Shown here in pieces: positions 1 to 12,700 of a stretch of DNA of 64,000 nt. Made by a program: the position numbers and the translations under genes. Origin of the DNA: the human T2T-CHM13v2.0 reference genome, Homo sapiens. The stretch lies in NCBI RefSeq assembly GCF_009914755.1, contig NC_060926.1; one strand, given 5' to 3'. A model generated the notes under the pieces. It had not been told where the DNA came from, ran no database searches, and saw nothing but the letters and a program-made list of their open reading frames with translations. The number at the start of each line of letters is the position of its first letter. Within the stretch, counting starts at the first letter, position 1.

Positions 1-1321
1 ATTTTATGTATATATTTATATAGATTACATATATACACATACATACATATTTTGAAATAGTAAATAAGCCAGATAGCCTGTGTTCTATATAATACTATAT
101 CTAACTTTCTTTCTTAATGACTCTTAATTTTTTTTAAAGTTACTACAAGTAACTTGATTTTCCTAACTCAGGAAAAAAATTTCAAGCTGCTGAAAAAATT
201 TAACCTGCAATAATGCAAATATAACAGGAATACAAAACTATGTGTTATTTTTTAAATTTATTTTAAAAATTTATTTTTTAAATGAGATTATTTAAAACGT
301 GCATAAGTTTTATTAAAAGCAAATGGAAAACGTGCAGGGAAATGGACATAAAGGATAGAGGTTTGAGGCAGAATGAATATTTTATATTGACACATGCATA
401 AAAGCACAAAATGAACATTTTTCCACAGGAAATTTAGGTAATTTGCATTCGCAGAAATTCATTACAGGAGTCCCCCACGGTGGCCCAGTGGCTGAGAAGC
501 CTTCTCCCAAGGGAGACTCAGACATGCAGGCACATGGCTTTCCCCAAGGAGGTACTCAGACACGCAGCTCTAGCCTCCAACTCTTCCTTCTATAACTGTA
601 TCTTCAATCGTCTACTTTTACATAATCTCTTTCCCCTTTCAAACTTCCTTGGTTCACTCCCCCACATTTGGCCCTGCTCTGGTTTCCAAGACCAGGTCTT
701 TTGCTGAGCAGGGAAAATAAAAAGAATGCTGCAGAAATAGTAAATAGTCCAGCCCCGTTTCAGTTTTCCTGCTCTCCCTTCAATGCCTGAGTCCCCTTTG
801 AGAGCTGAGTTATCCCTCCACCCACCCAAGCTCCTCCAAAGCTATAGACCCCTTCCAGCTTCCACTCCCATAGCCTCAGACTATCCCTCCACTAATGAGC
901 TCTTTCATCTCCCTTGATTTTTAGCCTCACCTTTGTGGGTCTCAGTTTTGGCTCCCAGATACCTTAATCTCACTGTCTCTGCACCAACTAAAACTATAGC
1001 CATAATTAAATAGGTAACTCTATCTTCAATCCTGTCAATGTTTACATCATCCTTTTGCCCTTTCAGATTTCCTGGACTCCAAGTCCTAATGTTCTACTAC
1101 CCTGTTGGCCAAGATGCCCCATTCACCTTTGTACCTTCAATACAGTCTTGCTTTTGCTTCTACCTTCTCCATGGCCCATGACCTCTGAGCCCTGTTCTCT
1201 GCTAGATAAATCTTATCAATTTAGGCATTTGCTACCAATGGGTAAAGTTATTAAAAGAACTTTTACCTAATAAGTACTCAATTGATTATTTATCTTATCT
1301 ATCTCCATATTTGCCTCTAAA

Positions 1322-1324
<3 letters not shown>

Positions 1325-1362
<38 letters not shown>
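1325..1362. repeat. (TG)19 microsatellite
   Basis: Uninterrupted TG run read directly. Confidence 0.97.
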
Positions 1363-1363
<1 letters not shown>

Positions 1364-1984
1364 TAAAATTAATGAAGGAGTTCCCATCATAAAAAGGTAT
1401 TAATTTAAAACCAAATTGGGAAAAACCTGCATTGCCTGTATTGTGAGTCTTACTAATGGCTTTTATAATAGGCATATCTGGGAGAGGCTCAGGAGAGATC
1501 TTAAACTGAGGTAGATGGGCATGTTAAAGAGAAGCAAAGGTCCATTCCACTTGCCCTCTACAGACAGGAGGATGCTTAATTCACTCAATAGGATTTTGGC
1601 AAATGAAATAACAAAGTGGCATAGCTTCTTATGTTCCAAAAGAAACTTTAAATTTGAAGTCTCAGATAACTCACACTCTAAAAATATGAGGATCCCTTCC
1701 AGAAATGTAGCCATGCCAACAGTGCTCACAGGTACAAATGCTATCTGCTTAAAGCAGAAGAAAAGGGAAAATGGGAAGCAGAATATCCTGAATATTCAGT
1801 CTAAATTTGAGTGATTTTGGCCACAAGAAATCTACTATCACCAGGCTGTCCATTACAATTCTAAGAGTAAAAAACGAAAATTCAGACCTTCTTACGATGG
1901 ATCGTATAGTCAGGTGGAAGGTGGCAGAGTGAAAAGCCGGCCCAGTTACTAGGGCCAGGAGTCATTACAGACACTGACAGTGAT

Positions 1985-2180
1985 GCTTCCACAGGTACTG
2001 GACCCAGACTGCCTGGGCAGTCTGGGTCAGTGTCAGCTTGTGTGACACTGGCTGTCACACCACTCTATGCCTCAGTCTTCTCATTTGTTGAACAAGCTTA
2101 ATAGAAGCTACTTCATGGGCTTGTTATGATGATGAAATGAGACAATAAAATTGCTTAGAACAGTAGTTGATTATTATTAA
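1985..2180 (+). mobile_element. MIR SINE remnant
   Basis: CAGACTGCCTGGG...TGTGTGAC...GCCTCAGTCTTCTCATTTGT...TTGTTATGATGATGAAATGAGACAAT resembles the MIR core. Confidence 0.7.
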
Positions 2181-2371
2181 TATTGGTCAGGTCAAATATG
2201 CTTTGCTGGCCACAGTATGTGCCATGAGCTTGCTTGGTGGTGGGCAAGTACCAGGCAGTACACACATGGCTTAGGCCCTGCTCAAACTCTTTCAAGAGAT
2301 GGACGGCATGGCCTCTTGGTCACAAAAGTGGTTCTTCAGAGAATCAGGTTTGTGAAGGGAAAAAAAAAATG

Positions 2372-3081
2372 CAGCAGTCCCCCTTATCTGTGGTTTCACT
2401 TTCCACGGTTTCAGTTATCCAAAGTCAACCATAGTCTGAAAGTATGAAATGGAAAATTCCAGAAATATGCAATTAATAAGTGGCACACCATTCTGAGTAG
2501 CATGATGAGTTCTCCCAACCAGGACGTAACTCCTCCCTTTGTCCAGAGTCTCCAAGCTGTCTCCTCTGGTGCCATTATTCAGAGAGTAGCCTTCCTAGTT
2601 ATCAGATCAATGTTGTGGCATCACAGTGCTTGTGTTTGAGGATTCCTTATTTTACTTCACAATGGCCCCCAACGTGCAAGAGTAGGTGATGCTGGCAATT
2701 CACACATGCCAAAGAGAAGCCATAACGTGCTTCCATTCAGTGGAAAGGTGGAAGGTCTCAACTTAATAAGGAAAGAATAAAAACTGTATGCTGAGGTTGC
2801 TATGATTTATGTTAAGAATGAATCTTCCATCTGTGAAATTGTCAAGTAGGAAAAATAAATTTGTGCTAGTTTTGCTGTTGTGCCTCAGACTGCAAAAGTT
2901 ATGGCCGCAGTGCATGATGAGTGCTGAGTTAAGATGGAAAAGGCATTACATCTGTGGATGGAAGAGAAACATGTTCCAATAGATGGCAATCTGGTTCGGT
3001 ACTATCCAAGGTCTCAGGCATCCACTGGCGGCGGGATGGGGTTTCTGGAGAATATCCCCCGAAGATAAGCAGGGACTACTA
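2372..3081 (+). mobile_element. MER44C/D-type non-autonomous Tigger7 (Tc1/mariner-pogo) DNA transposon fossil
   Basis: Terminal inverted repeats CAGCAGTCCCCCTTATC and GATAAGCAGGGACTACTA, with TA at the right flank. An internal decayed transposase start at 2706 reads MPKRSHNVLPFSGKVEGLNLIRKE* (CENP-B-type HTH remnant). Confidence 0.85.
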
Positions 3082-4203
3082 TAATACCAGTCTTTCTGCC
3101 ACCTGTAATTCAGAGATATGTAGGCCCACTTAGGCCAAACAAAGAGAGGCCTCTAAAGTCCAACCACCTCAACAATGTTCCACACGGAGCTCTGAAGCCA
3201 GAGACCCCACTGTCCTGTAAAAAAGTGTTCCTTTGCTTTGCTTTATTTTCTACACTCTTATTTCCCTTGGGTTTGGATGTCTGGTAGAATGAAGAGTTTG
3301 ATATTTCTTAGCACTCTTTCTTTCCATATGCTTTCCTTATTTCCTTATCACTAAAACCCCACTCTTCTGAATTTTAATATAAAATCAAGTAGGCTTCAGC
3401 TGTCAGAATAGCATTACTTTTTTAATTATCAGTTTCTAGGATGGGGCTTTATTTTCTTTTTAGGAGTCCTGTGTTGGAACAGGCAAGTCATTACCATTAA
3501 TAAAACCAAATCCTAGTGTTTCATTGGTATTCCAGCTCTCCATAGGGTCCTCACACAAGCAAATACATATTTGATTCCAATGGGGCTCTTTTCCTGTGCA
3601 AATGCTACAGGATTCTGCATTTTATTGTGGCATTAAGCTAAATTGGCTGTCCAAATGAATGGAGACACTTAGAATTTTACCATATACCAAACTGTCTCAG
3701 AGCTTATCTCCTCTACAAAACATATTCCAGTTAGCATTTGCCAGGAATACTTTACTCAACACTAATCAGGAAAAACTTAATTTTTTTCAGGCTACTAATT
3801 GTGCAGACATTGTTCTGGTTATTTCATTTGGGTTCTTATATATATATTTTTTTGCATGCCTCTCACCTGTTTCCTCAATTGTCTCTAAGCATTTTAAAGG
3901 CTGAATCTTATTAATTTCACAGTCATTTTTGCTGTTTAATATACTCATTCATTTCACAAATATTTGTTGAGTACCCACAATGCTCAGCTATTATGGGGGT
4001 AAAAAGTTGGACAAGGCAATGTATCCTTTCCCCAAAACTCATAGGTTCTACTTCCATACAGTAAAGTATGTAGGGTAGAAGATTAAATAATGTTATAATG
4101 CAGTTACTTTTCCTGAATGAGAAACCTTTTTTAATCACTCCAAAGTAGCCATAACTTCACTTCAAACTCCAGTGAAATTATTTTTTTTTCTCTCTCTCCA
4201 CAG

Positions 4204-4387
4204 GATAGTGGCCAAAGCCTCCAAGAACCTCATGTCCACGCAAAGCTTGGGGATTGTATTTGGACCTACCCTTCTGCGAGCTGAAAATGAAACAGGAAAC
4301 ATGGCGATCCACATGGTCTACCAGAACCAGATAGCTGAGCTCATGCTGAGTGAGTACAGTAAGATCTTCGGCTCAGAGGAAGACTGA
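4204..4387 (+). CDS. ARHGAP15: Terminal coding exon of Rho GTPase-activating protein 15 (end of the RhoGAP domain)
   Basis: After the acceptor, one base completes a split codon, then IVAKASKNLMSTQSLGIVFGPTLLRAENETGNMAIHMVYQNQIAELMLSEYSKIFGSEED and TGA at 4385-4387. The N-x-M...LGIVFGPTLLR block is the conserved RhoGAP C-terminal motif, and the ending matches ARHGAP15 as I recall it. The first 10 residues of track ORF 4172..4387 are intronic. Confidence 0.95.
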
Positions 4388-4575
4388 CAGACAAGACAAG
4401 CTACTGAATACGTTCACATCTGTCTTGATGCCTAATATTTTTACATTTCTGTAAACATATTTCTGAAATATTTTTTGCCTTTCAAGCGACAGATGCCTCA
4501 TTTTGTGAAAACTTAATGATGATTTTGTGTTTAAGTTCCAAACATTTGAATAAAATAATTGACAATATTTGCCTC
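4388..4575 (+). other. ARHGAP15: ARHGAP15 3' UTR (short form); the 3' end is approximate
   Basis: Follows the stop codon and runs to about 15-25 nt past the first AATAAA. Confidence 0.75.
4549..4554 (+). terminator. Polyadenylation signal AATAAA
   Basis: First canonical hexamer after the stop, followed by T/GT-rich sequence (TATGTGTTCT near 4577). Confidence 0.8.
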
Positions 4576-7500
4576 TATGTGTTCTACATTAACCCCTTTG
4601 GTGCTATGCCTTCTAGCACTTCTAGGAGCACATCATGCATGCCTCATGCTATTAAATAATATGCAAAGACTAGCACATATTCAAAAAATGGCCTTAATGC
4701 TGCTCCAGGGAATTGGGTGTGTGGTTGTGTATGTGGAGATGTGAGTGAGTGTGGTTGGGAGTAGGGGTGCATGTGCACACATGTGCTTTCCCAAGATCCA
4801 GGCTGCCTTAAACATGACTCCATACTGTTACTTGGACACGGATAGAACACAAAGAGGTAGGAAGGCAGAAGCTATTAATTTGTAAATTGAACGAAGGAGA
4901 TCAGGTTCACAACCAAAACATATATATTTCATCTTTCCAGAACATTTTTGTATATATAAATATAGTCCAGCTATTTTCAATGCTATACAGTGAAATTTAT
5001 AAATATAACATGTTGAATGGCAATTTTTCTCAAGAAAAATGACAGTTCAAAGCATTTGCCATTGAATTTTTTATAAATACAAATGTAGTCCCATAAACAC
5101 ACTATCTTATAAATTAGAAGCAAAATTAGTGCCCTGCAATTTTGATCTTTATATTACACAGGAATTGCATGACTGCTCATTTTTAATGCTAACATCCATT
5201 TTGAATCTTCATCAAACTGTATATCTTCCTTTTCCCTGGCTATGTCATTTTATGTAGAATTTTTATTATACTTCTGAGGATGCTTTATTGGTGAATTACA
5301 TTAAATCCATCTAGAAAGAACTTTTTTAAAGCCTTTTTTTTCATATGCCCTAAGGATTACTTGACTAGACTTAGATTGCTTTATCCATTTGATAGTTTCA
5401 GTTGTCATGGATAAACAAAAGGGTAACTGTCTAGAATATATCAAACATTGTTTTATTTTGAAAAGTATGTTCTAGTTGAACACATCTCATACTGGTTTTA
5501 TGAAAGTATTCTGCTGATAAAAATGTAGACTTACGTTTGACAGCTTTTTAATCAAATTCAAACAGAATAAATAAAACTAATCCAGTGTGATAAAGAGTAA
5601 GTATAGTTATCGATTTGTTCATAAAATGAAAAATAAAACATGTAAATAAAACGGGTGAAGCACAGATCCAGAGCAAACACTTAGGGCAATAATGAGCTCC
5701 ACGGCATAGGCTGTCTGTTTAGATGGGGTATTCAGGAGACGGGGAGAGTCTGCTCAAGAGATAGCCAGATGTGCAGGCAGCTCCAACATCCATGGAGCTG
5801 CCTGAGGAAGCAGAGGACTCCCTTGTCCCTTTTGAATGTCTTCATTTTAGCAATGGCGCCAGTAAGTGGGCTTGTAGCCAAGAACAGAGAAGCCACCACA
5901 ATAAGTGCTGAAGTGCAGTTTCATCCAGTGGGATGTATACACATACAAAAAGCTGAAAAAAAGTCGCATGAAGCAGAACTCCATGATCTGAAGTCACCAG
6001 TAACAGTGGGCTGGCAGACTTGCTAGCTTTAAGTGATTCTTATAAGTAAAATTGTAATTATGCCTTTCAGAAAAACATGGAGACATGAAACAAGAGTTTC
6101 TGGCATTCTATTTCAAGTCGTTCTCATTTCCATGCCATTCCGTATTCTCAATTAGGTCTTTCCCAAGACTTTGATTACTTCCCTTTTTGAAGCGTTGGGG
6201 GAGAGTAGATTTAGTGGTTCTAGCATTAAAATCTTATCCCTTCACACGTATCCATCTTTAAAGTTATTCTGGAAGCATCAGCCAGAGAGAACCAGCACTG
6301 AAAGCCAAAGAGAAGTGGCACTACCTGCTTTGGGCAGGGACTCACAGCCCCTTGTCTCTGTTGCTTTCCAGATTTATAATCTTCAAAAGCACCAGCTTCT
6401 TGATTTCCAATCTGATGGGATTTAGCCTGATTCAAACCCCAGCTGTGTCCTGTCCCTGCCTGCTAAGGGCATTTAATCAGAGAATGTGTTTCCTCTCTGG
6501 GAAAAGGCCATTCCAACGTGCTGAGCCAAAGTGCCCATCACAGGATCTGACCTAACACACTAAAGGCATAAAAAGGGTTACACCAAAAAGTTATTATTAG
6601 ATTCCGTAACATCTCAAATACAGTGATGACGGCCATATCAAGTCTTCCATGTTTAGAAGCTGAGATTATAAGTATACTAGGTTGACTAAAAGGTTAGATT
6701 TCATATAACTGGTCAATATTCTCCAGCAAGAAGTCATGAAACACCAGTGAGCATTTCCTTATCTCCTAGTTTGAACCAGGCAAAATTCTAGGCACTGGTG
6801 ACACAAATATTAAATAAGACAAATATTTCTACCCTCTGTAGTTTCAGCCCAGTGAGGGAGACTATCCCTAACAATTAATTACAGTTCAATACAAGATCAG
6901 GTGCCTTAGCCATCTTGGTAAGCGTGTAGACCCAGGATTCGGCACCTATACTTAAAGATGCTCAAAATGTATTGTTGAATGAATGGGCAAACAGAACAGA
7001 AGCTATTCCAGACATATTAACAATGCTCAGTGGCTGACAAATACCAAAAGACTCAGTTACAGGCAGTAACTGTCCTCTGACTCTGTTACAGAGTTAGATG
7101 TGGCTTCATTGGGAAGGTAACCTTTTCTATCTAATCTTGACCAATGAACAAGATTTACCAAAGAAAAATGCAGAAAACACACCAGGAAACAGGAATGGCA
7201 CGAACAGAGTCATGAAAGACCTGACATTCTCCAAAGAAAAGTGAGAAGTTCAGTGAATAAAGGGTGAAGTGCATGCCTAGCAATTTTGGAATATAAAGCT
7301 AGAGAAAGATGTTGGGATCAGATATCAGCCATGATAACATATTCAGATTTTATCCTGTAGGCAAAAGGGATCCCATAGAGGCTGTAAAGCCAGAAAGCTA
7401 TAGAGAAACTTTGTTTCTTAGAGAATCTCTAAATTCACCAATGGGCAGGAAAAAAATTAATTTGAGGAGACCAGCATTTTCTCATGTATGTGTTTGTGTG

Positions 7501-8239
7501 TGAAATAAAATTATAATCTTATATTCTTAGGGTCAGTTCTAGTTATGATGATGAAACATTTTAAGAAATTGTAACTTAGTCTGTAGAATGGAAACACAAG
7601 TCCCTAGAAAATCAAGCTAGTTATTATGTCCCATTTCAGCACGCCTTTACCTACCCAGGATATCAGAGGTTTCCCCTCTTTCTTATTGACACAGAAAGCT
7701 GCTTGGAGATGGTATATATTTCATCTTATATGTTGACAGTCTGACTTTCTTAGCATGTGCCATATGACAGGATCACCATGCCACAACTAGTAATTGAAAG
7801 CCATATGATGGTTCTCCCTATCCAATTAGAAAACAAACGATCCAATTAAGAAAAATTTTAAAAGCTGTTAAAAGGAAGCAATCACTTGCCAATAGTGCTG
7901 TCCTTACAGTTTAACACAGCTAGAAATTGACCTGTACTTCTCTTTTCCACATTTATTTTTGTGAATTATAAGTTAATCACCCTGTCAATTCCTAATTAAA
8001 AGGCCCTGCAAAGATTTTCATCCAAAAAGGACTGTTGCTAAGGGTTCTGGGTCAAATTGCTCTGTTGTCAAAAATGAGGAATAAAACCAAAACAACATCA
8101 ACTCTCTCCCAGGAAACTTACATCTTAATACCAAAAAATGAGGACTTTCTGGAAATATAATAATCACATTTTATATTTTCAACCCTGTTTGATCTTATCT
8201 TTAGAACACAGATGTCTCCTTTTTTCTCTTTCTTTAAAA

Positions 8240-8557
8240 CAAGGGTTGCAAATTCAGATGCCTAGTGGGGCCGGGCAGTGATAGAAACGAGTCAAGAGGA
8301 GCAGGCAGCAGGCGTATGAAGCAGCAGCTGTGGAAAAGTCAAGCTTAACGCCTGGCCAAAAGGGTCGGCTTCTACTCAGCTGGAGCCGATGTTGCTTATG
8401 TGGGAATGTGGGCACAATGTTGCCAGACCTTCAGCTCTTTCATGAAAAGCCAGAAATTCAGGATCTTGTGTGAAATCTGTTTTTTAAGGGCACCAAATAA
8501 AACACAGCTCTGTGGACTCAGCCCAAGGACCTCAGTGTCACAAAGTTTGCTCCCCAG
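8240..8557 (+). mobile_element. MER102-like hAT-Charlie DNA transposon fossil
   Basis: AGGGTTGCAAATTCAGATGCCTA...CTACTCAGCTGGAGCCGATGTTGC...TGTTGCCAGACC...GAAAAGCCAGAAATTCAGGAT matches the recalled consensus. Confidence 0.6.
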
Positions 8558-9504
8558 AAAGTGGCCGCACACGGAGCAGATTGTGGGGATGAGGAGCCCG
8601 AGCAATGGGAAAGAGCAGAAAACGTGTACACTTTGCACTTAGGAGAACTTGCTGTGTCGACCCTGAGCAAATTACTCACTCAAGCTGGGTATCTGTTTTC
8701 TACTTGTCTTATTTTGCCTTTCAGGGCTATGTAATGGAATCATATGAAGGAAATTAAAACAGGTAATACACCATGAAATTCCAAGTTATTCCTAAAAGAT
8801 GTGGATGATGGATTTCCAGTTTATTAACTAATAATAACTTTATGTTCTGAAAACAATGAGAAGGAAGGTTGGGACCAGACTCAAAAAAAAATCCTGAATG
8901 CCATACTAAGATGTGTTACCCTAAGTTTCTAGTCAATTTTGAGACCCTGAAGGTCTTTTTTTAGCGGGGAAGTAACTTTATCAAAGCTGTAAAGATTCTC
9001 ATGGCAACATTATGGAGTGGAATTTGAAGCAGGAAGAAATCATAGGCACCATTGCCAGACAGAAGATTATTGCTATAAGACTGTTAATGCAAGTCTAAAT
9101 TCAGAGAGCAGCAGCAGATAGAGAAATTGATATTATGGTGCATCATACTATTAAACTTCTTCAGGGCCTTACCTGCCATCTCTTCATTATGACTGCTAAG
9201 TGCAAAGACCATCTCTTGTTATGCAGAACTCCCATACCAGGCCCGTTTCTGACTTACTCACTGGGTTGCGATGGAGGTTAATTCTAGATTCTGAAAGTGA
9301 TTTGGCATTTGACAGTAACCATTTTGGCCAAGTCATGCCCAAGTCAATGAGTGTGCATGCTACCAGCATCATCCCCAGATGATCGTAGGGTCACTTCTAT
9401 CATACCTGGCTCTGACCTCTCCCTCCTTTTTCTTGAGCCAATATTGCTCCTCTGGCCACCCAGAGGATCATCAAGAAATTAGTCCTGGGAAGATTAATTT
9501 TGAT

Positions 9505-9740
9505 TAGCTAACATTTATAGAGCACTTGTTATATGCCATGAACTGCAATTGATATATATTGTTTTATTTAATCTTGATAACTCTACGAAGGAAGACACTA
9601 TTATCCCTGATTTATACTTGAGGAAATTGAGAGCAAAAAAATACTGAAATTACCAAGTTCATGTAAGTAGTATATGCCAGATCAATATTTGAATCTAAGT
9701 AATATGGCGCAGAGGCACCTGCCTTAACCACTGTACCATA
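9505..9740 (-). mobile_element. MIR SINE remnant
   Basis: AACATTTATAGAGCACTT...TATTATCCCTGATTTATACTTGAGGAAATTGAGA...ATTTGAATCTAAGT is the reverse MIR pattern. Confidence 0.65.
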
Positions 9741-12700
9741 TGATCACTTAATTAGGAAAAGATGCTGAAAAAAATGTAAGTGCATAAACATCCCCAGGTA
9801 TTTCTACTTGTGTGGGTGCCTGGTCATTCTGTTAAAACACCTGATGAAAGTTTTACTTTCATATGAATTTTCATAAAAGAATAAGGGGGATATTACACAA
9901 TTTTTTCAAAGAAATACAGAGTACCTCTGTTCTTATGAGTAGATGGTTAATCTCATGCATGTTATTTCTATAATTTTAATATTTGTGTAGCATTTTGTTT
10001 GCCTACATGTTTTGCAGACATTGTACTAATTTTTTACTGCATTATGGAAAGGACAGAACAGAAGCCTCTTTACCCATCTTTACAGGTACCTGTTGGGGTA
10101 GCTTCAACCCCATGTTATGTTGTATTATGCTGTGTTGGATCATATTTGTCAGTGTCCTGTTATCATCTATCATACCTTACTATCTAATATTGTATTGAAC
10201 TTAAATCTGGCCCTTTAGGGGTCCTGTGAAAGATGAAAAATGTGGGTCCCAGCAGCCTTCCTCTTAAATATAATTGAAAAAGAGGCAGGCATCAAGACAT
10301 GTCATGTCTCATGCTGCCAGAAAGTGATCTTGAATCATTTAAATGATGAGAATACAGTGAACATTTTGTACAAAAAGATGACAATTTTCTGTAGTAGTGT
10401 TGTCCAGATGAAAATGCCTAGCTGTCTTGGTAAGAGACCTGAAGAAGGATATACACACACACACACTCCTTATAGACTTATACAACTGATTTTTGCTATT
10501 TTATGCTTGAAGCAAAGTATGCAGGGTCCACAAAACTCTTAAGCCATCAGTAGGATTCTATACAACACTCCCCATTCAATAAGGAGAGCGCTAAGAAAGC
10601 AGTAAGTGAGAGTGGCAACACCATGCCCGTGCTTGGGGCTCTGTGCACACTTGATGGATCAGTGAACCAAGACAAAAACCCAGAACACTAGCAACATTAA
10701 ATACAAATATGATCCACCGTCAGGTTTCCTATCAAGTTAAATGTAGCGTCTTATGTGCAGCCAAATCAGTGGTATTTGTGTTGACTCTTAGTCCCACCTA
10801 AACAAGGGCCATCAAACAGACATTCCTTCAGCTACCTCTCTTGAAGTGCAAGTCCCTAAGAAATGCTTACTAAATCACAGAAGCAGTGGAGAGATGGTAA
10901 GATTCACCAATCTAACCCATGCAAGTCTGACAGCAAATTTTGATGTCCCGGTTCAAGTCAGCTGGGAGGAGGAGGGGGTCTTAGGCATCTGTGACACCCA
11001 GCAGCATCTTCCACTAACCTTCTCTCCACTTATCAATGTGTGGTTTACATGTCAGACAAATGTTATAAGGCATAGGCATTCTGACCAACATATGAAAATC
11101 TCAAAAGCCAAGGAATCTGGAAAATACAAGGCAGTGGCCTGAAAATCCTCACTTTCCTCTGGCACTATTTTCGCTAACAAGTTTACTTGACACACATGCA
11201 CACACACACACACATGCACACACACACTGGAATTTTAAGAGCAGGAATGTAACCATTGTGCTAACCATTCTCACATCACTCGCAAAATGTGTTCTAAGTC
11301 CATATTGTGCAGCATACTTGAAGACATGTGGATTTTTCCACATCATTTGGTGACATTTTACACAGTTTAATTTCTGCTCTTTCTTGCTAGACCCTACCTT
11401 TTTTTTCTCTCACAAACATTCCACCAATGGGATTTTCTTGAGCATTTTATCCTGCGCTCAGATTCCTCCCTTTTCTTCAGCATCTACTTGTATCGCTGCT
11501 GCACAACTTTGCCATGATGTGTCTGTCAAATTTCAGCCTCCCAGATTGAAAAGAAGGGGACACAGGTGTTCAACTGCCAAGGAGAGAAACCAGGTTAATG
11601 GAGTAGGGGCCGGCCTATGGGGCCGGCCTAAAGGGAAACCTCACAACCACAGGCAGAGGCCAACATGGAAGACTCCAGAGAAACGTGGTCCAGCTCGGGA
11701 TGTTCCATTCCTCCATTCTCCTCACCAGACCAGGTGAAAGGCAGCTTTTAAAGTTGGAAGGAGTGAGGAATACAATTGAAACCAAAATTGGTTTGAGCTC
11801 ACTATTTTTCTAGCTATCAGTTCTGAGGTCACAGTCACTAAAACTGGAAACTTAAAAATGACTTCAAAAAGGCAAACGCTAACTAGATTTCACACTGGAT
11901 TTCATTTTACTTGGCATTACAGAAAGAATGCAGGTATTAAATACACTGTTTCCTGTATACAATAAGGTTAATTAGTAGTGAGGGATGGAAAATCAGTGTA
12001 GACATAACTCTTTTCGACAGGTATCAAAAATAATCCCCTGATCCCTACAGACCCCAGCTGCATTGAAAGAGGAGTAATATAAAAGATTCTTTAAGCACAA
12101 AATTTTCAAACATTCTCCAGGTGTCCCCAGCACCAGTTAAATAGGCCCTGAACCCCCTGTGCATGGGCTGGCTCCCGCTCCATTCCCTGGCTCTAACTTA
12201 AAGGCGCAGCTACTCACATTGAATTTTCAGGTGCTGCGTAAAAGCTCTCCATACAAAGCGGCTGGGATTGCAAACGGAGACAGACAGGAGAACAAAAAGA
12301 AGAATATATTGCGCCCTGCCTGGGTCTTCCCTAAGCTCCTTATCAATAAGGTTAATAAGGGTCTATGCAATTTACTGATCACTATGATGCAACAACCCTC
12401 CTTGTGCTCCAAATCTCCACGTAGGCGCTGGCTTTTAATGCTTTTCTCAGCCAATCACATAAAAGCGCTTTTGCCCGCACCCCAGAGAATAAACTCCGGT
12501 TCACGATCCTGGCCTCTGTAAAATCTCTGGTCCGTTATTACACTTCTACCTGCCCTAGTTAAGCAGATTAACAGTTATTTCCTAGAATTTGATCTATGAG
12601 GTTCTTTGTAATTGAAGCTGGAGTACTCAGATATTACTAAAAAATGTATTTCTGAAAAACGCATTCCTTTTTTCTCTGGTTTAATTTTGTTATCCTCAAT

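Larger units (their letters stand above)
1..4203 (+). other. ARHGAP15: 3' part of the last intron of ARHGAP15, ending in a polypyrimidine tract and acceptor (TTTTTTTTTCTCTCTCTCCACAG)
   Basis: Canonical CAG acceptor at 4201-4203 directly before the recognisable coding exon; no other RhoGAP-like exon seen upstream in the window. Confidence 0.85.

Noticed and set aside
4172-4203. Apparent N-terminus MKLFFFLSLH of the RhoGAP ORF
   Set aside because: It is the intronic polypyrimidine tract read in frame.
12159-12521. 120-aa ORF over the CpG-retaining block
   Set aside because: GTG start and no recognisable domain; a regulatory explanation fits better, though coding is not formally excluded.
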